The translations under genes and the position numbers were made by a program. DNA of 64,000 nt from the NCBI GenBank assembly GCA_963840035.1, contig CAWIXE010000001.1, positions 64,001 through 128,000 of the forward strand. The letters run 5' to 3'. Source of the stretch: a candidate division FCPU426 bacterium (GTDB taxonomy: Bacteria; Oederibacteriota; PGYV01; Palsa-1178). Shown in pieces: positions 1 to 10,871 of this stretch (position 1 is its first letter; each line of letters opens with the position of its first letter). The notes under the pieces are model-generated. The model was not told the DNA's origin, did not search any database, and saw nothing but the letters and a program-made list of their open reading frames with translations.

Positions 1-182
1 CGGTCTTATTGTCAAGGTGATTTGATAGAAATTTACAGGAAGCTTTGCCTAAAAGTTCTATTACATGATATGGGTACCCATGCAAAAAACACGTAATTAG
101 TTCCAATAATTATCTGACTAATTATTTGAACTTTTGAATAAATCTGGGCCTGACGCTTTTGTCATTTCTCCCACTTGTTGAA

Positions 183-1085
183 TTATCTTTTTGATTTTTC
201 AAGACTCGTAATATAAATACACCTATATTCCGAACCTGGTTTATTATTGTTTTGTTGACCGTTTTTCTTATAAAAATAGCATATGATTTTTTGATAATTA
301 TCATCCTCTCTGGCAACTTTCAATATAACTGATAAATCATTTTTATTTTTCCATTTTCCTTCATACTCCATATCTCCTCCCTGTATGTTTACTAAATATT
401 TACCATCTGTTATAAATGTGTCTATACTAGTGTAAGCTTGGTTGATATAATATGCGTTGAAAACATCAAACTTCCACTCTTTTTTAATTTTATTATACCC
501 TTCCAATTCTAATATTTTCCCGACATATGCGTCTCTGTTTTCATATAATTCTTTTAATGTAACATTAAATGTTTTTACACTGCATTCATCTCCTTTATAA
601 TCCCGCTTGTCCTTACCCGTCACTTTTATGTTAATTCCGCATTCATTCTCTTTTCCTGTGAATAATTCCTTTAATAATTCTTCATTTGTTTTTTTATACA
701 AATATTTTATATTGATATAGTATTCCTTGCCGCTTTTTAAACCTGTAATAGACAAACAATTATTTTGTGTAAAAATTGTCTTTATGATTTTTTCACTTAT
801 TAAATCATTAACTACACCTGTTGCTTTATCGCCGATGTTTTTTTCATAAATATTCACCATATATCCTAATTCTTTTATTGAATCTACGGTAACATTGATA
901 TTTGATAAATCTTCTGCGGACATGTCAGCTAATTTGTCCCACGATAAAAGTACAACATTCTTAAATAAATTTGCCGTGATATGTTTTTTTATACTGCCTT
1001 TTTCCGTTTGTTCCGAAATACCACAATACAAAATTTGAGAAAATAGGATAAGCAAAAAAATAATTGTAAATGTTGTTTTTTTCAT
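183..1085 (-). CDS. Hypothetical secreted protein, very AT-rich
   Basis: 300-aa ORF, signal-peptide-like N-terminus (MKKTTFTIIFLLILFSQILYC), GGAG RBS; visibly much lower GC than neighbours. Confidence 0.75.
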   Translation of the reverse strand: MKKTTFTIIFLLILFSQILYCGISEQTEKGSIKKHITANLFKNVVLLSWDKLADMSAEDLSNINVTVDSIKELGYMVNIYEKNIGDKATGVVNDLISEKIIKTIFTQNNCLSITGLKSGKEYYINIKYLYKKTNEELLKELFTGKENECGINIKVTGKDKRDYKGDECSVKTFNVTLKELYENRDAYVGKILELEGYNKIKKEWKFDVFNAYYINQAYTSIDTFITDGKYLVNIQGGDMEYEGKWKNKNDLSVILKVAREDDNYQKIICYFYKKNGQQNNNKPGSEYRCIYITSLEKSKR

Positions 1086-1239
1086 TTGAGCTCCATATAA
1101 GAAAAAGGTGTCAGACTTGGCTTTTAAATTTTATAATTTTTCTTAGTTTTCTTAAGTATCAGACTGATTTCCTTCTGCATCTTTTAATCTTATTTTTCCT
1201 GTCTCCAGTCTCCTGTCTGCTCTTACCTCATACTTATTA

Positions 1240-3027
1240 TTATACGGTGAATTTGTCCGTGGCGTTCTTTAAGGTTTCCGCCGTGCCTGAGAGCGTCTCT
1301 GCCGCGGCGTGGAGTTCTTCCATGGCTGAGGACTGTTCCTGTGACGATGCGGCTGCTTCCTGGGAAGAGGCCGCTATCTGCTGCGATGACGCGGCGATCG
1401 ATTCCACCTGTGAGGCCACGTCATTGACGCTTACCACTATTTCCGCGAAAAGCCCGTGCGCCTCTTTTGAAATTTCCGCGCTTTCCGTAATGGCAGCCGA
1501 GCTTTCCTGTGATATTTCCACGGCAGATATGATGTCATTCCTGACTTCTTTTATCCTGACCCTGATCTTCTTAGCCTGTTCTGTGGATAAATCCGAGAGT
1601 TTCCTTATCTCTTCTGCCACCACTACAAACCCGCGGCCGGACTCGCCGGCGCGCGCCGCTTCAATGGCCGCGTTAAATGAGAGCAGTTTTGTTTCATCAG
1701 CCACAGATTCTATGACCGCGACCATGTTCTGTATCTCCTGTGAATGGCCGCCGAGCACATCCATTTGTTTGCTCGACCTGGCGTAAGAATCGGTAAGATT
1801 ATTCATTTTTTCCATAAGCTGGTCCATCCTGTCAGCGCCGTTCTGGGCGGCTTTCTCCGCCCTAACGCTCGCGGCCGATGCCGCCTGTGAATTTTTCGCG
1901 GCCTCTGAAGTAGCCTGTGATATGGACCCGACTGTTTCCGCCAGCTGGGATATGGTATTCTGGCTCTGCTCCGATATGGCCGCAAGCTCCTTTGAAGAGG
2001 ACGCGATATACCCGGCTTCCATCTGTATCCTTTTTATTAGTTCGCGCAGATTCACCAGCATTGACTCGCTTGCCTTTCCAAGCACGTCGTTATCCGACTT
2101 TGCAGTGAACTGGGCGGAAAGGTCCCCTGAAGCTATTTTCTCGGATATGCCGGCTATCGCGTTAAGGTATTCTATCATACCGGAAAAAGCCCTTCCTATG
2201 GCGTCCCGGCCGGACCTTATTTCTATCTTTTCCCCGATAACGCCCCCGGAAATTTTTTCCGATATAACGGCTATCTTATCCATATAAGCGGCCAAATGGC
2301 TGAAATTCCTGGATAGTTTCTCAACCTCATCCCCCGATTCCACAATGGCTACTTTGCTCCATGTCTCGCCGCTGCTTAATTTTTCGGATATATCCGCTAT
2401 CTTATTGACCGGCCTTATCATGCTTAAATAAAGGAACCCGAATATCATCAGCGCGATGGCCGCGGTTCCGGCTATTCCCAAAAAGACTGAATTCCTGGCG
2501 GTTTTTCCCATGTCCAGGTTCAGGGTTGTCTTGTCAAAAGCCACCGCAATTGATCCGGCATTTTTGTTTTTATAGGCAATCGGCAGCGAAATCTCATAAG
2601 AATCCCTGCCATATCCTTTTACCTGTGAAATGTTGTAACCAAGCATTTCATTTTTCATCTTCACGGTATCCGGCATCGCAAAATCAGTCCTCCCTTCGGA
2701 GTTGTACTTCGCGATTACTTTCCCTTTCAGGTATACAGCCGCGTAAAGCATGTCTTCCCTGGTAACCGCGGCCTCCAGTATGAATGTCAGCTGCCTTATG
2801 TCGGCTTCTTTTAAACCGCCATTGTTTTTTTCAAAATTTGCCCTCACGACAGGCCCGGCCATATACACGCAGAATTCGCCAAGCGACACGACTTTTTCGG
2901 CAAACTTCTGCCCCACTATCCTGCTGTAGTTTGACATGTTGTAATAAGTTATGCCCCACGCCAGTAAAACAGCGCCAATAAAAACGATAAGCGCCGCTTT
3001 AAGCCCGAAAGCCATTTTTAACCGCAT
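1240..3027 (-). CDS. Methyl-accepting chemotaxis protein (2 TM, HAMP domains, MCP signalling domain)
   Basis: [30 protein letters not shown] hairpin signature; start moved to ATG 3027 behind GGGAG. Confidence 0.93.
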   Translation of the reverse strand: MRLKMAFGLKAALIVFIGAVLLAWGITYYNMSNYSRIVGQKFAEKVVSLGEFCVYMAGPVVRANFEKNNGGLKEADIRQLTFILEAAVTREDMLYAAVYLKGKVIAKYNSEGRTDFAMPDTVKMKNEMLGYNISQVKGYGRDSYEISLPIAYKNKNAGSIAVAFDKTTLNLDMGKTARNSVFLGIAGTAAIALMIFGFLYLSMIRPVNKIADISEKLSSGETWSKVAIVESGDEVEKLSRNFSHLAAYMDKIAVISEKISGGVIGEKIEIRSGRDAIGRAFSGMIEYLNAIAGISEKIASGDLSAQFTAKSDNDVLGKASESMLVNLRELIKRIQMEAGYIASSSKELAAISEQSQNTISQLAETVGSISQATSEAAKNSQAASAASVRAEKAAQNGADRMDQLMEKMNNLTDSYARSSKQMDVLGGHSQEIQNMVAVIESVADETKLLSFNAAIEAARAGESGRGFVVVAEEIRKLSDLSTEQAKKIRVRIKEVRNDIISAVEISQESSAAITESAEISKEAHGLFAEIVVSVNDVASQVESIAASSQQIAASSQEAAASSQEQSSAMEELHAAAETLSGTAETLKNATDKFTV

Positions 3028-3050
3028 TCTCCGCTCTCCCGTCACATTTA

Positions 3051-4211
3051 CTATTTATTTTTAGTTCCCGAATATAAACCGGTAACCACCCATGAAGCGG
3101 CATTTATAATGCCGGATTTTTTCTTCCTTACGCCGCGCGCCGCTTCCTTCGCCAGATTTGAGGACCTCTCAAAAAATTCAGGCAGGTTTATCCACGCCAT
3201 GGCTGTTATTTCGGATATCCTTCCGGCCCCTATAAACTTCAGGGGTTTTAACAACCTTCTTAAACCCTCTGCCATCGCCTCACGCGGCAGCAGAGCCGCC
3301 AGCATGGATGAGATGCCGGTCAGGATCAGCACGCGTGACGCGAAAAAACCGCCTTCAGCCATCCCAAAATCTGTTATTGTAACAGGCCCGGCCTGAAAGA
3401 CCGGGTTGCCTCCGCCGTTAAAAACAGCGGGTATAAACACTGAAAACAGCGCCAGATACTTCGCCCTCCATACAGAGATAACAACTTTCTCAAGTTTCCC
3501 TGACGCGGCCGCAATCCCGGCGATGAAAGCCGCGGATACCGCGAGGAACACAAACCTTCCGGCCAGAAGGACCGCGGCTGAGAACACTGCCGCGAATAAT
3601 ATCATGAACACGGCTCTTGCGGCAAGCCTGCCGGGCACCCGCACATGATGCCCGGTTTTAAATCCGGTTGTCCCGGCGCCGCCCCGGGCGGCTATGGCCG
3701 CGCACGCGTCAGAGGCTATAACCCCGTTTAAAAACCCTGACAGCGCGCCCGTTATGGCGAGCAGCGGCATAATCCACAAAACCGCATCGTTCCTTATTAA
3801 AATAAAATATACTATGGCTACCTGCGCCGCGTTATGAGCCACCCCGCCTGCTATTGATATCCCGGCGAGCGAAATAGGCGGCTTTTTCATCGTCTTAAGC
3901 GGAAAATAAAAAGCCGCCATGACAAGCGTGCTGGTAATTGAGGCGCCAAGGCTAAGAATAAAACCGGGCGACATTAATGTGCCGAGCATAAGCGACGCCA
4001 GCAGGCATCTCAGCACAGCCACTTCCATCGCACCCTTAAATCCCAGCTCCACCATGGCTATCATCGTAAAAATATTCGCCAGTCCCAGCTTGATTCCCGG
4101 TACCGGAAGCCTGGGAAGGAAAGATTCAGCAGCCTGGAGTACTGTGGCGCATGTCACAAGCAGGGCTGTTTTTTCCGTTTCCCGTCCGGCCTGGGGCTGC
4201 ATCAGGTTCAA
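3051..4211 (-). CDS. Gx transporter family (EetB-like ECF S component) fused to an EcfT/CbiQ-like domain, copy 1
   Basis: ESFLPRLPVPGIKLGLAN and GGVAHNAAQ Gx motifs; C-terminal half hydrophobic with EGLRRLLKPLK...ARG EcfT-like segment. Confidence 0.8.
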   Translation of the reverse strand: MNLMQPQAGRETEKTALLVTCATVLQAAESFLPRLPVPGIKLGLANIFTMIAMVELGFKGAMEVAVLRCLLASLMLGTLMSPGFILSLGASITSTLVMAAFYFPLKTMKKPPISLAGISIAGGVAHNAAQVAIVYFILIRNDAVLWIMPLLAITGALSGFLNGVIASDACAAIAARGGAGTTGFKTGHHVRVPGRLAARAVFMILFAAVFSAAVLLAGRFVFLAVSAAFIAGIAAASGKLEKVVISVWRAKYLALFSVFIPAVFNGGGNPVFQAGPVTITDFGMAEGGFFASRVLILTGISSMLAALLPREAMAEGLRRLLKPLKFIGAGRISEITAMAWINLPEFFERSSNLAKEAARGVRKKKSGIINAASWVVTGLYSGTKNK

Positions 4212-4582
4212 TATGAAAGAGCGTCAAATCCCGGTTTCTCCCCCGGGGATTCTATTTCTATGAGCACTTTATTGGGCACGCAGACTATTGATTCCCCCGG
4301 GCGGCATATGGCCGCCGCATGCGAGCATATCTGCCTGGGACAATCCGATTTTTTCACGCTTATCCGGCCGTTCTTTGATTCTATGACCATTTTTCCGGTA
4401 TCAACAACAGAATCCTTTTTCATGTCAAGTTCGCCGGTTTTTACGCCCCCTGTATATATGACGGCTTTCCCGGAAGAACCGGAACTTTTTACCATGACAA
4501 AACCCGCGGATATGATAACTACGCTGATTAGCAGGATTATATCCGCGGTTTTTATGATGTACATAGCATCCCTGTTTATCAT
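4208..4582 (-). CDS. NusG domain II-containing (Lin0431/EetA-like) exported protein, copy 1
   Basis: SDCPRQIC...ESIVCVPNKVLIEI motif; N-terminal TM; 4-bp overlap with the Gx gene. Confidence 0.85.
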   Translation of the reverse strand: MINRDAMYIIKTADIILLISVVIISAGFVMVKSSGSSGKAVIYTGGVKTGELDMKKDSVVDTGKMVIESKNGRISVKKSDCPRQICSHAAAICRPGESIVCVPNKVLIEIESPGEKPGFDALSY

Positions 4583-4603
4583 AACACCCCCGCTGATATA
4601 CTA

Positions 4604-4632
4604 AGTATACGCACAGCCAAAGCTTATGTCAA
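4604..4632 (-). promoter_or_regulatory. Sigma70-type promoter for NusG-II/Gx-EcfT/MCP
   Basis: TTGACA-N17-TATACT on minus strand, 22 bp upstream of the start. Confidence 0.6.
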
Positions 4633-4684
4633 TTTTTAACTGGATTTAAAGCGGTTTTTTTGTTAAAACAGCATGGCTTATAAC

Positions 4685-6532
4685 CTAAAGTATAAATTTA
4701 TCAGTGGCTGATTTTAGCGTATTTGCGGTATCGGCAAACTCTGAAACTACGGCGTTTAATTCCTCCATGGATGACGACTGTTCCTGTGACGAGGCTGAAG
4801 CTTCCTGTGAGGACGCCGCGATCTGCTGTGAGGACGCGGCTATTGATTCCATCTGCGCCGCGGTCTCATCTACGGATTTTACTATATCGATGAAAAGCAT
4901 ATTTGTCTCTTTGGCAAGCTCTTCGCCCGCCCTTATTCCTTCATATTCCCTGTTTACAATCTCTATGGCTTCAGCTATATCTTTCAATACCGCCTTTATC
5001 CTCTCGGCTATTTTCACCGCCTGCTCATTGCTCATGTCTGAAAGTTTCCTTATCTCTTCGGCTACGACCACAAAACCCCTTCCCGCCTCACCGGCGCGCG
5101 CGGCTTCAATAGCGGCGTTAAACGAAAGCAGCCTGGTCTCGTCAGCCACGGATTTTATAACCGCGGTCATGTTCTTTATCTCCTCGGAATGCTTCCCGAG
5201 CTTATTCATAGACTGCGTGGACAGCCCTATTTCAGAACTTAACTCCGTCATTTTTTCCAGCAGCATATTCATGCGCTCCGTGCCTTTTTTTGCGGAATTT
5301 TCAGCCTTAATACTGGCATGCGATGCTGTCTGCGAGTTCTTAGCCGCTTCGGATGTGGCGTTGGATATGTTTGAAATGGTCTCTGCCAGCTGCCCTATGG
5401 TAGCCTTGGACTGCTCGGAAATGTTCATCATCTGTTTTGAGGAATCGGCAAGAAAGTTGGACTGGTCCTGTATGCTTGAAACAAGGGTTTTAAGAGAAGC
5501 TGTCATGTCGGCGCAGGCATTGCCAAGCATGTCTTTGTCGGATTTTGCCATGAAACTTGTCGTAAGGTCTCCTTTTGCCACTTTGCCGAGGAACGAAGAA
5601 ATTTCATTGATGTACTTTAACATCTTTATGAAGGAAATTCCGAGCGTGTCCTTGTCGGATTTCGGCTCAAAGGCGTCCACAACCTCGCCGGAGGATACAT
5701 TTTCCGATACCCATGCAATAAAGTTTATATACTCCGACATCTCATGAAAACTCTTCGTTAAAACGCCTATCTCGTCATTGCTTTTTATTACCTCTATATT
5801 TTCGCTGATATCGCCGGTGGCTATCCTGGCTGATATTCTTGACAACTTTTTAATGGGCCTTATCATGTTAAAAAATATAAATAACACGATCAATACGCCG
5901 ATTACTGTCGCGTTCAGCGAGGTAAAAATAAAGGCGGACTGCGTGCCGCTGTTTATCTGTTTTGTAATGCTTTTCATATCAAAGCCAAGGATAAGCTGCC
6001 CGACTTCGTTGCCCATAAGCAGGAGTTCGTCCCCGCCCTTTAATTCTATGGGAATGGTTATTTCATAGCTGCTTTCACCCTTGCCTAATACGGAATACAG
6101 CGGGTATGATGTGAACTTTTTGTCCGTCTTCGTTTTTTCGGGAAGTTTCGCGTTCCCGGAAACAAATGCCGAACTTATTACCGCGTTGTTCTGCTTTATA
6201 GCAGCGTATATGATGTCTTTCCTGGATACGGCCGCCTGGAGGACCTCGTTTATCCTCTGCTTTATCCTGCGTTCCGGGTTTATTTTAAGCTTTGCTTTCT
6301 GGGACGCTGACATATTCTGCAGGTTCTGCAGCTCCAGCATGGATTGGCTTACGAGCGAAGCCGTATTCTCGCCCAGGGTTATAATCCTCTCCTGGAATTC
6401 CTTCATCACGATTTTTTTATAGATATAAGCGTCATATGTAGACCCGGCCAGGCTTATGAGGACCATGGTGGCAAGGACCATAAAGGAAATTTTAAAGCCC
6501 AGTGACATCGCTGCATTTTTTCCTTTTGCCAA
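4685..6532 (-). CDS. Methyl-accepting chemotaxis protein, paralogue of 1240..3027
   Basis: [33 protein letters not shown] start with GAGGTG RBS. Confidence 0.93.
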   Translation of the reverse strand: MAKGKNAAMSLGFKISFMVLATMVLISLAGSTYDAYIYKKIVMKEFQERIITLGENTASLVSQSMLELQNLQNMSASQKAKLKINPERRIKQRINEVLQAAVSRKDIIYAAIKQNNAVISSAFVSGNAKLPEKTKTDKKFTSYPLYSVLGKGESSYEITIPIELKGGDELLLMGNEVGQLILGFDMKSITKQINSGTQSAFIFTSLNATVIGVLIVLFIFFNMIRPIKKLSRISARIATGDISENIEVIKSNDEIGVLTKSFHEMSEYINFIAWVSENVSSGEVVDAFEPKSDKDTLGISFIKMLKYINEISSFLGKVAKGDLTTSFMAKSDKDMLGNACADMTASLKTLVSSIQDQSNFLADSSKQMMNISEQSKATIGQLAETISNISNATSEAAKNSQTASHASIKAENSAKKGTERMNMLLEKMTELSSEIGLSTQSMNKLGKHSEEIKNMTAVIKSVADETRLLSFNAAIEAARAGEAGRGFVVVAEEIRKLSDMSNEQAVKIAERIKAVLKDIAEAIEIVNREYEGIRAGEELAKETNMLFIDIVKSVDETAAQMESIAASSQQIAASSQEASASSQEQSSSMEELNAVVSEFADTANTLKSATDKFIL

Positions 6533-6615
6533 ACCGCACCTCGTTTTTAAGATGAAATGTACCTTTTATTATTATATACCATGACACTTATAATTACAAT
6601 ACTCTATGGCGGTGT

Positions 6616-6873
6616 GATACTGTACGTAATAGTGTGTAAACTCGGAACCGGGCACCTCCCCTCTCCCTCCATGGCTACTTATAGTCCCCCCTTGCGGGGG
6701 AGAGAGGGCTAGGGAGAGGGTGCCGTAGAGGCAATCCGGCTTTTGGGAGAGATATGCATTGCCGATACCTCACCCCCATCCCGTCCTTCCCCCTTCGAGG
6801 GGGAAGGGGGTGCTTATAAATGCCAACATATTTGCCTACTATTATTAATTTACACACTATTAAAGACAATATC
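6616..6873. mobile_element. MITE 1 with IS256-like ends, carrying REP-like G/C palindromes
   Basis: 25-bp imperfect TIR GATACTGTACGTAATAGTGTGTAAA / TTTACACACTATTAAAGACAATATC; flanking direct repeat (t/c)GGCGGTGT. Confidence 0.75.
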
Positions 6874-6881
6874 CGGCGGTG

Positions 6882-7874
6882 TTATTGCGCCTTTGCCTTG
6901 TTTTTTCCCTGCTTAACCACGCTTACAACCCCGGCAAGGCCGTCGGTATAATAGACTTCCTGTCCTTCAGTTACAACCACGGCTTCGGCATTTCCAAGTT
7001 TTTTAAGCATTTCAAAGCCTTTTTCCCTGCCCATGATAAATATTGAGGAGGATAAACCGTCAGCTTCCACCGGATCCTGGCACATGACCGTGACGCTTAT
7101 TAAACCCCTGGCGGGTTTTCCGGTTGCCGGGTCCATAAGGTGATGGTAACGCACGCCGCCCTCCTCAAAAAACCTTTCATAATCCCCTGAAGATATTACA
7201 AGCATGTCTGACACTTCCAGCACGCCTATGACCCCGTTTCCCCTCGGGTCTTTTATTCCGACCTTCCAGTCCCTGCCATAGTTTTTACCGATGGCATAAA
7301 TGTCTCCGCCCGCGTCAATCAGCGCGTTTTTAACCCCCTCTTTTTTCAGGGTATTGGCGCATTCCTCCACCGAGTATAATTTCGCTATGCCGCCGATGTC
7401 CACTGCAGTGCCTTTCCTTAATTTCGTGAGACGGCCGTTTTTTATCACAAGGTTTTTGTACCCGACATCTGCCAGAGCCTTTTTTATGGCCGCGTCCGCG
7501 GGCACCTTCATCGTGTCATAAAACCCCCACAGCTTCATGATGGGATAAATGGTTATGTCAAATTTTCCGCCTGAGAGGACGCTCACATTTATGCCGCGCT
7601 GTATTATTTTAATTATTTCAGGGTCTGTTACCGGTATGTTCTCATTGTTGAATTTATAAAGGATTGCGTCTTTGTCAAGGATGCTGAATTTTTTCCCGAT
7701 CTCTTCCATCCTGTCCAGGGCTTTATCGATAGCCGGCAGGATTTCCCTGCCTCCGGGCACCTGTATCGTGACTATTGTATCCATCATAAAACGCGTCCTC
7801 TTCTGCATCTGCCCCGTACATCCTGAAAGCGCGAATACCAGCATCGCTGCGGCAACACATAAAAGTTTTTTCAT
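6882..7874 (-). CDS. apbE: FAD:protein FMN transferase, lipoprotein
   Basis: Lipobox LSGC; MDT, FDITIYP, DIGGIAK, SSGDYERF, RYHHLMDPATG, ADGLSS motifs. Confidence 0.95.
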   Translation of the reverse strand: MKKLLCVAAAMLVFALSGCTGQMQKRTRFMMDTIVTIQVPGGREILPAIDKALDRMEEIGKKFSILDKDAILYKFNNENIPVTDPEIIKIIQRGINVSVLSGGKFDITIYPIMKLWGFYDTMKVPADAAIKKALADVGYKNLVIKNGRLTKLRKGTAVDIGGIAKLYSVEECANTLKKEGVKNALIDAGGDIYAIGKNYGRDWKVGIKDPRGNGVIGVLEVSDMLVISSGDYERFFEEGGVRYHHLMDPATGKPARGLISVTVMCQDPVEADGLSSSIFIMGREKGFEMLKKLGNAEAVVVTEGQEVYYTDGLAGVVSVVKQGKNKAKAQ

Positions 7875-7988
7875 TTTTCCTCCAAAGCCGGCCTTAAAAA
7901 CCGGTAAATGTTTTATTTTTTAACTTGCAGGCCACATTATAAATGAAAAAGCGGCTTTTTCAAGCCGCCCTTTTTGGATCTCTATTTT

Positions 7989-8438
7989 TTATACAAGTTC
8001 GTATGAGTTCTTACCCGTCTTTTTCATCATGTATTTCTGCCTTAAAAGGAGTTTCGCGAGCGTGTATGAGTCCAGATAATCCATCATAGCAGCCCTTAAT
8101 CCTTCCCACATTTCCCTTGTGGCGCAGGTGTTTGCGTTCGGGCATTCGGAATTTTCAGGAACGCAGCACAACGGCAGGACATCGCCCTCAGCCGTCTGTA
8201 TGACGTCTCCCATCTTGATCTTTTTCGGGTCCATGGCCAGGACAAACCCGCCGCTTTTGCCTTTTGTGCTCTGCACAAAACCGGAATTAATGAAAAGCCT
8301 CATTATGTTTTCCAGGTATTTCACGGATATTTTCTGCGTTATTGAAATCCTTTTCAGGGACACAGGGCCTTTTCCATATTGCGTGGCAAGGCAAAGCAGC
8401 GCTCTGATAGCATATCTTCCTCTTGTTGATATTTTCAT
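7989..8438 (-). CDS. Rrf2 family transcriptional regulator (Cys-containing)
   Basis: STRGRYAIRAL, YLENI, KGKSGGF, C-terminal Cys cluster; ATG 8438 with GGAGG. Confidence 0.92.
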   Translation of the reverse strand: MKISTRGRYAIRALLCLATQYGKGPVSLKRISITQKISVKYLENIMRLFINSGFVQSTKGKSGGFVLAMDPKKIKMGDVIQTAEGDVLPLCCVPENSECPNANTCATREMWEGLRAAMMDYLDSYTLAKLLLRQKYMMKKTGKNSYELV

Positions 8439-8532
8439 AATTTTCCTCCATGAAGCATGATATTTTGATGTGAATATTATCACAATGTATTATAAACAAA
8501 TTGACATTAAAAAGATAGGATTTTTATTTTAA

Positions 8533-8964
8533 TTACCGACTTTTGGTCGACACAATGCCGATTTCTCCGCTTATTAACTGCTGAAGATTTACTGAAGAAA
8601 GGTAATTTTGAACCGCGTCATGATAGCCCTTCCACGCGCTTAAAGCCTGACAGGTTTGATATTTTGGGCAGTCTCCCTGGTTATCGAGGCATGGCACAGG
8701 GGATATGGTGCCTTCCGTTATTTTCAATATTTCTTCCATGGTTATCTTTGATGGTTCCCTGGATAGTATGAATCCGCCTTTGTTTCCTTTGGAACTTATT
8801 ACAAGCCCTATCGCCGAAAACATCCTCATGATGTTTTCCAGGTACTTCTCTGATATGCCTTCGTTTTTAGCTATAGTTCCTATGGTAAGAGGCCCATGCC
8901 CAAAATGCAGGGCAAGTTCTATCATTGCCCTTAATGCGTACCTGCCTCTTGTTGATACCTTCAT
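8533..8964 (-). CDS. Rrf2 family transcriptional regulator (3 Cys)
   Basis: STRGRYALRAM, YLENI, KGNKGGF, C-x6-C-x5-C; ATG 8964 with GGAGG. Confidence 0.92.
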   Translation of the reverse strand: MKVSTRGRYALRAMIELALHFGHGPLTIGTIAKNEGISEKYLENIMRMFSAIGLVISSKGNKGGFILSREPSKITMEEILKITEGTISPVPCLDNQGDCPKYQTCQALSAWKGYHDAVQNYLSSVNLQQLISGEIGIVSTKSR

Positions 8965-9070
8965 TTGATCCTCCAATATAATCATAAAACCCGGGGCTTA
9001 TGGGGCGGCTTTTCAGGGCCGCCCCTATATGCCGTTAATACCCCCGTACTTCATTGCCTTTTAGGCCCGC

Positions 9071-9604
9071 TTACTTTTTAGCTTTTACAGCCGTGAACGC
9101 GTCATATATTATGAGCGCCCTTTTAGCCGCTATAACCACTGCTTTTGAGGAAATTGTAGCGCCTGTTATCGCCCTGACATCTTTGCCTATCTCTATCGTG
9201 TCTGCCGATGACTTGCCCGCGAACTGCTTTACAAAATTAGCCTGTTTGATGCCTGCCCCGCGTTTTTCCGACATTGATATATATCCTATGGAAAGGATCT
9301 TCTTTGTCGCAGCGTCAATGAGTATGCCCATCTTAATCGGGCCCCATTTTCCCATCTGCTCCTCAATTACAACCGCGCCTGTCTTTGATGTATAAATCTC
9401 ATACTCCGTCCTTACCGGCATCTTATTCGCCAGCCCCGCCTGCACCGCCGCTGTCAGGTCGGCGCTTACAGCGAAAACCTGCGCCTTAAGGTCTGAATCC
9501 GGAAGTAGTTCTTTTACCACATTAGTCTTCATGTCTTCCGCCATGACTGAAACCGCCAGCAGCATCACCGCCGCCATTACCGCTACCGCAAATAACTTTT
9601 TCAT
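9071..9604 (-). CDS. Periplasmic FMN-binding protein, copy 1
   Basis: Signal peptide; GKWGPI, E-x-RG, F-x-x-QF-x-GK, ITGATISS flavinylation motif (9146..9169). Confidence 0.88.
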   Translation of the reverse strand: MKKLFAVAVMAAVMLLAVSVMAEDMKTNVVKELLPDSDLKAQVFAVSADLTAAVQAGLANKMPVRTEYEIYTSKTGAVVIEEQMGKWGPIKMGILIDAATKKILSIGYISMSEKRGAGIKQANFVKQFAGKSSADTIEIGKDVRAITGATISSKAVVIAAKRALIIYDAFTAVKAKK

Positions 9605-9712
9605 GATGTCTCCTCCTTTAAAATATTTTATATTTCCTTATCATTTGACGTATGAGTCCGTTTTTGGAGGGGTGGTTTTGCGCACCCCTCCAAATATCAC
9701 ACTGTTAATTTA

Positions 9713-10819
9713 TTAGAATGTTACCCTCACGCCAAGCGACGGCCTCGTGTAGACGAGCGTCGATGTGCCTGAGTTGTTCCTGATATCCACTACGTCGGTT
9801 GCGAACTGCAGGTATGTCGCGTCAGCAAGCGATATTACAGCGCCCGCCGTTGTCTGAACGCCCATGACAGGCATTGCCGTTGTTTTCGTGAAGTTGTCAT
9901 ATTTCCAGTCATGCGCGGCAAAAAGCTTGAGCCACGGCAGCACTTTATACATTGCCTTCACATAATATGTGTCTGAAATTCCGTCCTGTGATGCCGAGAT
10001 AAGCTGTTCCTGTTTTCCCGCGGCGTACTCCGACCTGATGGAAAAATCGCCGATTGAATACATGAACCCGGCTGACCACTTGGTGTTTGCAAGCTTTTCC
10101 TTGGCGCCAGTCCTTGCCGAGTATATCGAGCCAAGAACCGTAAGGCCGTTCCATACCGGCTCAACGTGCAGCATGACTCCCGGCTCGTTGTTTATGTCAA
10201 AAGCTCCGTCCTCTGTTCCGCCGTTAACGACGTACGCGTATACAGGAAGAGTCACATCGCCGATGGAAAATGCCTTGCTTACTTCGATACCGCTGTCATG
10301 CACCGCTCCAATGCCGAGGGCAAATAGGCCTCCGTTAAACTGCTCTTCCCAGAAAAGTTCGTGTCCGTACTCTGCCGTAAACTTAGGGTGTACCTGTCCG
10401 ACTTCCATTGTAACGTCATAAGGAAGGTCGAATATTACCACTGCTTTGCCGTGTCCGAAATCTTTGAACACATAAGCGGAACCTGCTGTAGCTGTCTGCG
10501 TAACCCCGAACTTCGGCGTCGCGCCTGTGCTGCAGGAAAATTTCGGGTCTACTTCAAAGCTTATCCAGTTATTGATTTTTCCCGAGATGAAAAGGTCCAG
10601 TTCCTTAAAGCCAAAACCGTAAGATTTTTCTATAGCTGTCTGAGTGCCGTTATTCCTTACGATTGATGACGGGCGGTCAAACAGCGTCATCTTTATGTGC
10701 CCGCCTACCGATACCGACGGCCCTTCCCCTGTTGCTGCCGCTTCTTCGGCAAATGAAAACACCGCGAAGCCAAGCGCAAGAACCGTTACAACTGCCACCG
10801 CAAAAAATTTCCTGAACAT
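9713..10819 (-). CDS. Outer-membrane beta-barrel (porin-like), copy 1
   Basis: Signal peptide, alternating amphipathic strands, C-terminal LGVRVTF. Confidence 0.8.
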   Translation of the reverse strand: MFRKFFAVAVVTVLALGFAVFSFAEEAAATGEGPSVSVGGHIKMTLFDRPSSIVRNNGTQTAIEKSYGFGFKELDLFISGKINNWISFEVDPKFSCSTGATPKFGVTQTATAGSAYVFKDFGHGKAVVIFDLPYDVTMEVGQVHPKFTAEYGHELFWEEQFNGGLFALGIGAVHDSGIEVSKAFSIGDVTLPVYAYVVNGGTEDGAFDINNEPGVMLHVEPVWNGLTVLGSIYSARTGAKEKLANTKWSAGFMYSIGDFSIRSEYAAGKQEQLISASQDGISDTYYVKAMYKVLPWLKLFAAHDWKYDNFTKTTAMPVMGVQTTAGAVISLADATYLQFATDVVDIRNNSGTSTLVYTRPSLGVRVTF

Positions 10820-10871
10820 GCTGTCCTCCTTGAGTTTTTTCAGGCCGGGTTTAAAGCCCGCCTTTTTTTTG

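Noticed and set aside
1070..5747. Long plus-strand ORFs (1070..1786, 4704..5747) and similar antisense ORFs elsewhere
   Set aside because: Antisense shadows of well-supported minus-strand genes, with no RBS or recognisable motifs
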